Under the pieces are notes generated by a model. It saw nothing but the letters and a program-made list of their open reading frames with translations. It had not been told where the DNA came from and made no database searches. Positions 12,075 to 19,111 of a stretch of DNA of 19,773 bases are shown here, piece after piece. Numbering within the stretch: position 1 is the stretch's first letter; every line of letters begins with the position of its first letter. The position numbers and the translations under genes were made by a program. Source of the DNA: a virus; UHGV virus genome UHGV-0141098; one strand, given 5' to 3'.

Positions 12075-12153
12075 CCCAATTCGTGTTTTTCTTGCGGGTT
12101 CTTAATTAAACCCGCAAGAGCTCGTGGGGTTCCAAATGGCTAATATACTCCCC

Positions 12154-12240
12154 TTACCCATGCGCGACGATGCCGCCAAAAGTGATAGAGAACAGCCAGA
12201 AATAGATCGCGGTCATAATGATTTTGAATGCCGTGTTCAT
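12154..12240 (-). CDS. small hydrophobic peptide, 28 aa (MNTAFKIIMTAIYFWLFSITFGGIVAHG)
   Basis: Not in the ORF track. ATG preceded by AGGAG 8 nt upstream. One predicted transmembrane helix. Lies downstream of an operator-associated promoter-like element (12325..12341) and is convergent with hsdR. Confidence 0.35.
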   Translation of the reverse strand: MNTAFKIIMTAIYFWLFSITFGGIVAHG

Positions 12241-12269
12241 ATCTTCAGCTCCTGTGATTGATTGGATAT

Positions 12270-12300
12270 ATGCCGCGCCCCTTGCGGCATGTTTTTATTT
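12270..12300 (+). terminator. Rho-independent terminator (probable hsdR terminator)
   Basis: Stem ATGCCGC/GCGGCAT (7 bp) with a 7-nt loop, followed by GTTTTTATTTT on the plus strand. About 200 bp downstream of the hsdR stop. Confidence 0.6.
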
Positions 12301-12324
12301 TCACTCTCTCTGTTTTAAAAATCA

Positions 12325-12341
12325 AGATTTATTAGAGCAAT
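12325..12341 (-). promoter_or_regulatory. C1-repressor-type operator with overlapping promoter-like elements
   Basis: Minus strand reads ATTGCTCTAATAAATCT (16/17 to consensus). Its first base is the last base of the upstream gene's stop codon. -35-like TTGCTC, a 17-nt spacer, then TAAAAC. Confidence 0.6.
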
Positions 12342-12847
12342 TATTGTTGATGAAGAAGCGCATTTTCATACTCCCTGACCATTAACGTAAGTACGCCGTG
12401 ACTCCTGAAAACACGCGCCACTTCAATCTTATCTTCCAGCGCGAACGCAATTTTACTTAGACCAATTTTCTTCAGGAGATCAATCTTTGCTGGACCGTCA
12501 TTTCTGTCATCGGTGGCAGGACGCATAGATAGCAAAGGCTCAGCCCCATTTGTTACGTGCTTACGCAACCAGGCTCGTGTTTTATCCCTGGCTATCTCAC
12601 AGCGCCCGGTTACAAACCAGAGGGTGTAAATGCCGGACAACTGGCGCACCATATCAATAACTGGAGTGATGGGAGCATCAGTGTCACAGGCAAGGTTAAA
12701 CTCGTTCCAGTGCTCTGTTAATGCACCTTTACCTGGTGGCGGAAGCAAATGCAGTCTGTCTTCAGTTGCCTCTGATATTGTTCCATCAATATCGACTATG
12801 ACGATGTACGGACGTTCCTGGTGTGCGTGTTTATTGTAAATACTCAA
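12341..12847 (-). CDS. HAD-superfamily phosphatase-like protein, 168 aa
   Basis: N-terminal HAD motif I (IVIVDIDGTISE, DxDGT). TTG start with GGAGG 4 nt upstream. No closer assignment possible from sequence alone. Confidence 0.6.
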   Translation of the reverse strand: MSIYNKHAHQERPYIVIVDIDGTISEATEDRLHLLPPPGKGALTEHWNEFNLACDTDAPITPVIDMVRQLSGIYTLWFVTGRCEIARDKTRAWLRKHVTNGAEPLLSMRPATDDRNDGPAKIDLLKKIGLSKIAFALEDKIEVARVFRSHGVLTLMVREYENALLHQQ

Positions 12848-12865
12848 ATGCCCTCCTCATTGGAC

Positions 12866-12900
12866 GAAAAAAAATGCTGGTGGGCGCACTCCACCAGCAT
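12866..12900 (-). terminator. Rho-independent terminator ending the IS1-interrupted operon
   Basis: Perfect 10-bp stem ATGCTGGTGG/CCACCAGCAT with a 7-nt loop, followed on the minus strand by T8. Lies 20 bp past the stop of the 12921..13829 ORF. Confidence 0.7.
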
Positions 12901-12920
12901 TAAAAGTGACACTGTAACCA

Positions 12921-13815
12921 TCAGCGAACGTAAATAGTGCCGCCGTTCTCTTTTTCCCATGCATCGCTACGTGCATAGCAAACATCGAGAAGTCTTCTTG
13001 CCGCAGTTTCCTCTAAACCCAATTCGACAACCAACTGCTCATGACGGCGGGTAACCACATCAAACAGGGTATGCAGCCCTTTAGTTGCCAGATCATCAAT
13101 GAATTCCGGTTCGAACGGCAGCTCTGCATCTGCCAACATAACCTCTTGCGCCCACTCAACTCGACGGACCAATTCCGGGCGGCGGCTTTCCATCTCTTTA
13201 CAGATCAATTCATGGAAGAACTCTACCCAACCTTCCGGCTGGAACTCGCGGAAAATTGCCAACGGCTGGAAGTTTGGCATCAACCATTCGTTGATTCGGA
13301 TATCAATGGCATAGCCCATGTCGCAGCAGAACTGATAAGCAAAGTCCAGCTTAGAAACGATATAAGGACGCTCGTTATTGAACTCTTTAGGCGATGAGAT
13401 CCCATAAGCCAGGAGGCGCGGGAAGAAGGAGATTTGCCCTAACGTCGGATGAAGTTTGCTTGCAGGGAAACGGCGCTCAGTAATGCCATACATTTCCTTC
13501 TTGAGCGTCGCAAATTTGGCATTCTCATTAACCAGCGCGGTAACCTCTGCTTTTTTATTAGCAAATGCCACGCGCGCTTCGCTTGCATCTTTAATAGTTT
13601 TTTTGAGCTGTTGGTTAAGGTCAGCGACCTGCTTACGCAGTTCCTGTCGCTCGCTTTTAGCTTTGTTATAGCGTTTCTCAAGGTTAAAAGGATCAAGTTT
13701 CATGATCTCTTTATATTGAGATTTTAGCGTTGAAATCTGTGAGTTCCGCAGTTCAACCATCGCGGTCATTTCATTGAGTTTTGTTTCCAGCTCAATGCTT
13801 ATACGTTCGGCATTA
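12921..13815 (-). pseudogene. 3' portion (about 295 codons) of a ~420-aa coiled-coil protein gene interrupted by IS1
   Basis: The track ORF 12921..13829 begins with a TTG inside the IS1 left inverted repeat. Its reading frame is continuous with the ORF 14584..14959 once IS1 and one copy of the 8-bp duplication are removed. Confidence 0.7.
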
Positions 13816-13870
13816 GGTAATGGTGCCAACTTACTGATTTAGTGTATGATGGTGTTTTTGAGGTGCTCCA

Positions 13871-14146
13871 GTGGCTTCTGTTTCTATCAGCTGTCCCTCC
13901 TGTTCAGCTACTGAAGGCGTGGTGCGTAACGGTAAAAGTACTGCCGGACATCAGCGCTATCTCTGCTCTCACTGCCGTAAAACATGGCAGCTACAGTTCA
14001 CTTACACCGCTTCTCAACCCGGTACGCATCAGAAAATCATTGATATGGCCATGAATGGCGTCGGATGTCGCGCCAGTGCACGCATTATGGGCGTTGGCCT
14101 CAACACGGTTTTACGTCACTTAAAAAACTCAGGCCGCAGTCGGTAA
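13871..14146 (+). CDS. insA: IS1 InsA (transposition inhibitor; N-terminal part of InsAB' transposase), 91 aa
   Basis: Protein [51 protein letters not shown]... matches IS1 InsA as recalled. Confidence 0.9.
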   Translation: MASVSISCPSCSATEGVVRNGKSTAGHQRYLCSHCRKTWQLQFTYTASQPGTHQKIIDMAMNGVGCRASARIMGVGLNTVLRHLKNSGRSR

Positions 14147-14568
14147 CCTCGCGCATACAACCGGGCAGTGATGTGATTGTCTGCGCTGAAATGGACGAAC
14201 AGTGGGGCTACGTCGGTGCTAAATCACGCCAGCGCTGGTTGTTTTACGCGTATGACAGGATACGGAGGACGGTTGTGGCGCACGTATTCGGTGAACGCAC
14301 GCTGGCCACGCTGGAGCGTCTTCCGGGCCTGCTGTCGGCCTTTGAGGTCGTGGTATGGATGACGGATGGCTGGCCGCTTTATGAATCACGCCTGAAGGGA
14401 GAACTGCACGTTATCAGCAAGCGATATACGCAGCGCATTGAGCGGCATAACCTGAATCTGAGGCAGCATCTGGCAAGGCTGGGCAGGAAGTCACTGTCGT
14501 TCTCAAAATCGGTGGAGCTGCATGACAAAGTCATCGGGCATTATCTGAACATAAAACACTATCAGTAA
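14065..14568 (+). CDS. insB: IS1 insB reading frame (expressed as InsAB' by -1 frameshift at the A6C motif)
   Basis: Frame encodes ...[26 protein letters not shown]...[15 protein letters not shown]...KHYQ, typical of IS1 InsB. The slippery motif AAAAAAC is intact at 14122-14128. Confidence 0.85.
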   Translation: MSRQCTHYGRWPQHGFTSLKKLRPQSVTSRIQPGSDVIVCAEMDEQWGYVGAKSRQRWLFYAYDRIRRTVVAHVFGERTLATLERLPGLLSAFEVVVWMTDGWPLYESRLKGELHVISKRYTQRIERHNLNLRQHLARLGRKSLSFSKSVELHDKVIGHYLNIKHYQ

Positions 14569-14583
14569 GTTGGAGTCATTACC

Positions 14584-14959
14584 CGGCATTATCAGCACGC
14601 TGGTTGGCGTCATGCGTCGCATCGTCGATCGCGTCCTGTTGCTGGCGTTTCAAATGTTCAATTTGCAGCTGAAGCTCTTCAATTTCTTTACCCTTCAGAC
14701 CGAGATCCAACTGCATATTTTCAGCTGCATCTACCAGGGAGTTATGGCTATCAGCTTCTGCGTTATAAACATCAATAAGCTGTGCGTGAAGCATCTCCGC
14801 TGACTGAACCGCATTATCAAAAAAACGTGCTGTGAGGTCATCACAACTAACGCGGCGTTGCGCGGCCCGGATGTTCTGGATAATGGCCGGGATACCGGCA
14901 TTCAGGACATCAGGGATAGATACATTTTCGATTGATTGGTTTTGTGCTGAAGTGCTCAT
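14584..14959 (-). pseudogene. 5' portion (125 codons) of the IS1-interrupted ~420-aa coiled-coil protein gene
   Basis: The track ORF 14579..14959 ends at a stop supplied by IS1 sequence. Its frame joins the 12921..13815 portion across the target duplication (...RADNA | ERISIELE...). Confidence 0.7.
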
Positions 14960-14960
14960 T

Positions 14961-15179
14961 TCAAAGTTCCGTATTAGCTTGTGCTTCGGTCATTTTTCCT
15001 AAGTATGAAGGTGGAAGGACTACGCAATTTGTATCCAGTCCCTCACCTATGGCAGCCTGTAAAATTCTGGCTAAGGTGAGTCTCTTGTTGCGATACCTGG
15101 TGATGACATGCCTGATACCGCCGGTCAGCGTAACAAAGGCGATCAGCCAGTAGTGATATTTCCGTCGGAATGGCCACAT
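14961..15179 (-). CDS. hypothetical protein, 72 aa, first gene of the IS1-interrupted operon
   Basis: AGGTG Shine-Dalgarno 4 nt before the ATG. One hydrophobic segment (YWLIAFVTLTGGI). Stop is 1 nt from the start of the downstream interrupted gene. Confidence 0.45.
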   Translation of the reverse strand: MWPFRRKYHYWLIAFVTLTGGIRHVITRYRNKRLTLARILQAAIGEGLDTNCVVLPPSYLGKMTEAQANTEL

Positions 15180-15193
15180 AGTGCACCTTATAG

Positions 15194-15210
15194 ATTGCTC
15201 TAATAAAAAA
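15194..15210 (+). promoter_or_regulatory. C1-repressor-type operator, plus orientation
   Basis: ATTGCTCTAATAAAAAA, 14/17 to consensus. Its A-tail runs directly into the hairpin at 15211-15231. Confidence 0.55.
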
Positions 15211-15240
15211 CGTGATGAGTGTACATCACGTTTTAAAAAT
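15205..15240. terminator. bidirectional Rho-independent terminator hairpin between the two operators
   Basis: Stem CGTGATG/CATCACG (7 bp, extendable by the flanking A/T runs) with a 7-nt loop. A-run on one side and T-run on the other, so a U-tract follows on either strand. Confidence 0.6.
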
Positions 15241-15242
15241 AT

Positions 15243-15259
15243 GGAATTATTAGAGCAAT
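15243..15259 (-). promoter_or_regulatory. C1-repressor-type operator, minus orientation
   Basis: Minus strand reads ATTGCTCTAATAATTCC (14/17, core exact). Begins 1 nt after the stop of the 233-aa gene. Followed by the same ATTTTTAAAAC element seen after the operator at 12325. Confidence 0.55.
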
Positions 15260-15260
15260 A

Positions 15261-15962
15261 TTATTCTGATTCTCGCTCAAAAAATGAGCTGATAAGGGGA
15301 AGCCAATCCTCTGACACTTCGCGAGGTCGCGGTTTGCCGTGGAAAAAGATTATTCGGCAGTCTTTTGGTAATGCCCCATTCCCCCTGGAGTAACGCGCGC
15401 TCGCATATTTCGAACCAGGTTCCACAACATCGGCCTTGTAACTTACAAACCATCCCGGATACAGATCCTGAAATGCTGGTGTATCATCACCCATAACCTT
15501 CCGCAAAAACCCCTGCTCACCCCAGCATTCAGTAGTAACACAACGAGCAATCCAACCTTCCGGATCTTGCCAGAATGCACTCCAGATATGCACTTTTACA
15601 CTATTTGGTATCCACAGGGCACCGCTGCCACGATATTGTGGATGGTAAAAATCCCTAAGCATGGTGAAGCTGGTTGGTGGATTCTCTAGGATTGGGCGTA
15701 TATCACCGGCAATAACCGTGTCCAAATCCAGATAGAACAGATCATCGGTTATATCCGGTCGGAACAACTCGATTTTCGCCCACCAGCCACGGCACTTTTG
15801 CCACTGGTTGATCAATGGGACAACTTTGACGCCAGGTACATGTAAACGCTTCAGGTCTGTCAGGCAAATAATTTCATAGCCTTTTGGCAGTTGATTAACC
15901 AGCCACTGCACATCGGAAGCGTTATAGTCACCACCAGAGCGAAGAACTAAAGCAATCTTCAT
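15261..15962 (-). CDS. hypothetical protein, 233 aa, with a DxD-like motif (possible nucleotide-sugar transferase)
   Basis: Segment [12 protein letters not shown] suggests a DxD-type metal/nucleotide-binding site. Start overlaps the phosphatase stop (ATGA). Functional call is tentative. Confidence 0.5.
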   Translation of the reverse strand: MKIALVLRSGGDYNASDVQWLVNQLPKGYEIICLTDLKRLHVPGVKVVPLINQWQKCRGWWAKIELFRPDITDDLFYLDLDTVIAGDIRPILENPPTSFTMLRDFYHPQYRGSGALWIPNSVKVHIWSAFWQDPEGWIARCVTTECWGEQGFLRKVMGDDTPAFQDLYPGWFVSYKADVVEPGSKYASARYSRGNGALPKDCRIIFFHGKPRPREVSEDWLPLISSFFERESE

Positions 15963-16651
15963 GCTGCACCATCACCTTTCACTTTCATCAATGTCAGGTT
16001 TCCGCAAAATACGGCACCTGTGTCGATATAATGCTGATTCCAGAATGTCTTCGGGCTTTTCACCGGAGTGTGACCAAAGATAAAACGATCTGCGCCCGAA
16101 ATTTCGCCACCAATATCATCCATCGAATCACTGATACGCTCGCGCGCCCAGACAACGTTGAAAAGCGGCACCTCCTTACCGAATTGGTATTCATTATCCG
16201 GATAGTCGGCATGGGCTATAACGATAGTTTCTTGCCCGGTGTTCAACTCAATGATATAGGGCAGACGCTTTACCAGCTCCACCAGCGCCCAGGCTAATAT
16301 TTCCTGATCAGTGTCCAGCATGAAGAACCATTGTCCGCCATTCATTAGCCAGTTATTCACGTTGCCATCTGGACTTAACGCATCAATCATCAGCCGCTCA
16401 TGGTTCCCCATCACTGCCCTGAACCAGGGCATCTGCAATAGTTCCAGACATTCGACATTTTCAGTACCGCGATCGATAAGGTCGCCGAACGATATCAGTA
16501 AATCCTGCGCCGGGTCAAAATCCACACGATGGAGTTCGGACATCAGTCTGGTGTAGCAACCATGCAGATCACCAACAACCCAGACATTCCTGTATTTGGT
16601 ACCGTCGATACGGTGATAAATTGTGGGTGCCATCATGTATTCTTCAGCCAT
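15959..16651 (-). CDS. PPP-family Ser/Thr protein phosphatase (lambda-PPase / PrpA-like), 230 aa
   Basis: Three diagnostic metallophosphatase motifs: GDLHG, GDLIDRG and GNHE. Could correspond to P1 ppp, but that is not verified. Confidence 0.85.
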   Translation of the reverse strand: MAEEYMMAPTIYHRIDGTKYRNVWVVGDLHGCYTRLMSELHRVDFDPAQDLLISFGDLIDRGTENVECLELLQMPWFRAVMGNHERLMIDALSPDGNVNNWLMNGGQWFFMLDTDQEILAWALVELVKRLPYIIELNTGQETIVIAHADYPDNEYQFGKEVPLFNVVWARERISDSMDDIGGEISGADRFIFGHTPVKSPKTFWNQHYIDTGAVFCGNLTLMKVKGDGAA

Positions 16652-17259
16652 TCTTTAAGAGTCATCTGCGGAATACCTCCCATTTTCCCGCATGAAACAA
16701 CGTCAATCTGTTCACGCGCAGACTGGAATAACAAAGGCAGGTGACTTAGATTTTTTGGCGTGCCGCCGGAGTGAACGCGTGGTTCTTGTGTAGCGTCAAC
16801 GCCCACCAGGGCGACATGTTTGAATCCGATATGGAAAGCCAGGTTCAGAGCACCATATGCACTATTGCCGCTGGCAATTTCATTCTCATCTTCGCAAAGG
16901 CCGAAATGTGCGGACCAGCGCCACGCCCACCACTCGGGAGAATTCGTATTTTTTGGCTCCGTGCCGCGCTCAGCCACACGACGGAAGCACAGAACGCCAT
17001 CTCTGACTTCACGTTCTTTAACATCGGGTAGTGCCATGCAATAACAAACACCACGGCGACGGCGGCCACGACCAACGCGCCGCATATTGTCTGGCGATGG
17101 ATCAAGGGTGAAAAAATAAGAAGCGCGGTTAAGCCAGTCGATGGCCCCATTGACCGCTATAATCGGCACTCCGCGCGGCGCAACAAAGTTTGCGGCGCTT
17201 GGGCCACTGCCGACGATAATAACGCGATCACTGCCTCTAAATTTATTCTTGGGAAACAT
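16633..17259 (-). CDS. Rossmann-like protein with GSGPS motif (MptE/DUF115-like), paralog B, 208 aa
   Basis: Motifs [24 protein letters not shown] and VALVGVD are shared with the upstream paralog. The family assignment is from recalled motif resemblance only. Confidence 0.55.
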   Translation of the reverse strand: MFPKNKFRGSDRVIIVGSGPSAANFVAPRGVPIIAVNGAIDWLNRASYFFTLDPSPDNMRRVGRGRRRRGVCYCMALPDVKEREVRDGVLCFRRVAERGTEPKNTNSPEWWAWRWSAHFGLCEDENEIASGNSAYGALNLAFHIGFKHVALVGVDATQEPRVHSGGTPKNLSHLPLLFQSAREQIDVVSCGKMGGIPQMTLKEWLKNT

Positions 17260-17819
17260 TGAATTGCACTGCTCCTACTTGCATTCAAAATATGTAAATC
17301 TGCGTGTTTTTTGCGGGTATCCAGGAACTGCTGTTGCCATTTTGAAATAGACACCTGCGTTGGATTCCGTAGGGCTTGAGGGTGCGCGCCATGCCAATGA
17401 AGGCCGTTTTGCAGAGAACAGTCATAGCCGACTAATACCACTACTTCAGCCCCTGATTCAGCAGCCAGACTGATAGCCTGCGCGCCGCTATTTACCCCTT
17501 CCGCCGGTCCACAATATCGCCTGTACTCCAACGAAAATGATTTCGCCGCCGCCAGGTTGGCTGTCACTTTGCGGAATCTCCCTCCCGGTATGGTGGATCC
17601 GTATTGCTTCCACCATGACAAATCACCGGCGTATAAGGCATAAATGTCATCGAACATCTGCCAGGAATTGTTAACCGCGATGATTGAACAGCCAGTTTTT
17701 TCTATAGCAGCACAGTCCTCACGAGTGAGTGACGGACCGCTACCGACACAAAAAACAGTCCTAGTCGCCCTGGGTGGTATGTTCATTCTCAGCTGCAAAT
17801 TCAGCCTCCAGGCGAGCAT
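17157..17819 (-). CDS. Rossmann-like protein with GSGPS motif (MptE/DUF115-like), paralog A, 220 aa
   Basis: Motifs VFCVGSGPS, IIAVNNSW, NSGAQAISLA and VVLVGYD. Its last ~34 codons overlap the start of paralog B in another frame. Confidence 0.55.
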   Translation of the reverse strand: MLAWRLNLQLRMNIPPRATRTVFCVGSGPSLTREDCAAIEKTGCSIIAVNNSWQMFDDIYALYAGDLSWWKQYGSTIPGGRFRKVTANLAAAKSFSLEYRRYCGPAEGVNSGAQAISLAAESGAEVVVLVGYDCSLQNGLHWHGAHPQALRNPTQVSISKWQQQFLDTRKKHADLHILNASRSSAIQCFPRINLEAVIALLSSAVAQAPQTLLRRAECRL

Positions 17820-17982
17820 TCATTTCAGCGATTACCGGGTCCACTACAGCATCTGCTTCCTGTTCATTACGCGGCATGATCGATGCCAGCGATTCATAAT
17901 TAGCCTTGAATGACACGATTATTCTCCCGATGTTAATGTGCGCTATATCAAAGAGCACATATGCACTAATTAATTTATTATT

Positions 17983-18228
17983 TTAAGCAGCATACAACCA
18001 CTTGTCGCCGTTCAATACATGCTCAATAGCCTCACCCTTTTTAAGGCTTATGTATTCCAGGATGGCGGTTATCGCTTGTTCTGCACCATACGCAAGAACG
18101 ACGTAGTAACCTTCCTCTCTAAGCCTGCGCATCCAGGCGATCTGCTCTTTCGTCGGGGCTTTACCATTTGGTTCTTTAAGCTCAATTCGCATGCCGTGAT
18201 AAATACCGCATGCTTTATCGAGACTCAT
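17983..18228 (-). CDS. VRR-NUC-like small nuclease-fold protein, 81 aa
   Basis: Segment D..(11)..IELKEPNGKAPTKEQIAWMRRLREEGYYV resembles the VRR-NUC D...ExK core. Its ATG overlaps the stop of the truncated IS110-family ORF. Confidence 0.45.
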   Translation of the reverse strand: MSLDKACGIYHGMRIELKEPNGKAPTKEQIAWMRRLREEGYYVVLAYGAEQAITAILEYISLKKGEAIEHVLNGDKWLYAA

Positions 18229-18893
18229 GTCCGGACATCCAGATCAGCGATTTCGTCATGTAACTCGAGATAGCGTCGGGCAAGGGACTTTAATGAAATG
18301 CGATAAACGTTGGTTACATTGCGGTATTCACTGGCATCAGGTCTCCAGGAACCCAGGGTCCTGATGAGCTGCATGCGCGTCATATTTCTGAGCTGTTCAC
18401 GTAATTCATCCGGGGCAGAGATAATATTTGAATGGATAATCTGGAGAGCGACTCTGCGGGCTGATATTGCTGTTTTTCGGCAAGTTTTTAATACCCGCAG
18501 GGACTCAATCATGCCATCACGCGTTTTGGGAGTAACTGTCCTGATGCCTGAGAATGCTGCATGAGCGGCACATTCAGCATCAATTGTGTCACTTTTACCC
18601 CGTTTGCGTCGCTCCATCCGGTCTGGAGCAGTCACCTCAAGAACTTCTAACCCGGCGTTCTGAAAATAACGAAGCAAACCGGAACCATAGGTACCTGTGC
18701 ACTCAACACCAATTCGCTTTAATGTCCCAAACGAGGTCATCCATGCCAGCATCTGCCGGTAACCTTGTCGTGTTGTGGAGAAATACTGAGTCCCAAGGAC
18801 TTTATTGTTCTGATCTACGACAGCGGCAACGTGCAAATCTTTATGTGTATCCACGCCACCCACAACGGCAGCTTTGGTAACTTTATCAACCAT
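18225..18893 (-). pseudogene. IS110-family transposase, N-terminal DEDD domain plus linker only (222 aa, C-terminal domain missing)
   Basis: N-terminal pattern VGGVDTHKDLHVA ... ECTGTYGSGL ... KSDTIDAECAAHAA matches the IS110/IS1111 DEDD domain. The ORF stops before the expected C-terminal domain. Confidence 0.65.
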
Positions 18894-19111
18894 GACAGAG
18901 CTCCTGTGAGGAAACAGAGTTGAAACTCCAGACAGATAACCCGGACAGGACAGTAACGAGACAAGCCGTCAGGCCCTTCTTGAGTCACGCGCATCGGTGA
19001 GGAGATGCCTCGCATGAAGGCGCTTCCGGCAACCGACGGGTCCAGGGCAGGACACAAAAGGTCGATCGCTGTGTGAGTCAGGATGCGGGAAGGTCTTCAC
19101 TGCATCAGTAA

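Larger units (their letters stand above)
13816..14583 (+). mobile_element. IS1 insertion sequence (768 bp, variant isoform) with 8-bp target-site duplication CGGCATTA
   Basis: Left end GGTAATGGTGCCAACTTACTGAT and right end GTTGGAGTCATTACC match the IS1 inverted repeats with two mismatches on the left. Identical direct repeats CGGCATTA at 13808-13815 and 14584-14591. Length is exactly 768 bp. Confidence 0.9.

Noticed and set aside
12136-12255. Plus-strand 39-aa ORF antisense to the 28-aa peptide gene
   Set aside because: No ribosome-binding site. More simply explained as the hsdR 3' UTR.
13041-13727. Plus-strand ORFs antisense to the IS1-interrupted gene
   Set aside because: Shadow ORFs of the coiled-coil gene, whose biased codon composition leaves the antisense frame open.
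14177-14803. Plus-strand ORFs 14177..14362 (inside IS1) and 14570..14803 (spanning the IS1 right end)
   Set aside because: The first is an alternative frame of insB. The second starts inside the right inverted repeat and runs antisense to the interrupted gene.
15181-15393. Plus-strand 70-aa ORF
   Set aside because: It spans both operators and the terminator hairpin and overlaps the 3' end of the 233-aa gene; no start signal.
17761-17958. Minus-strand 65-aa ORF overlapping the start of paralog A
   Set aside because: Weak or absent ribosome-binding site at either candidate start. It overlaps a better-supported gene and is probably leader sequence.
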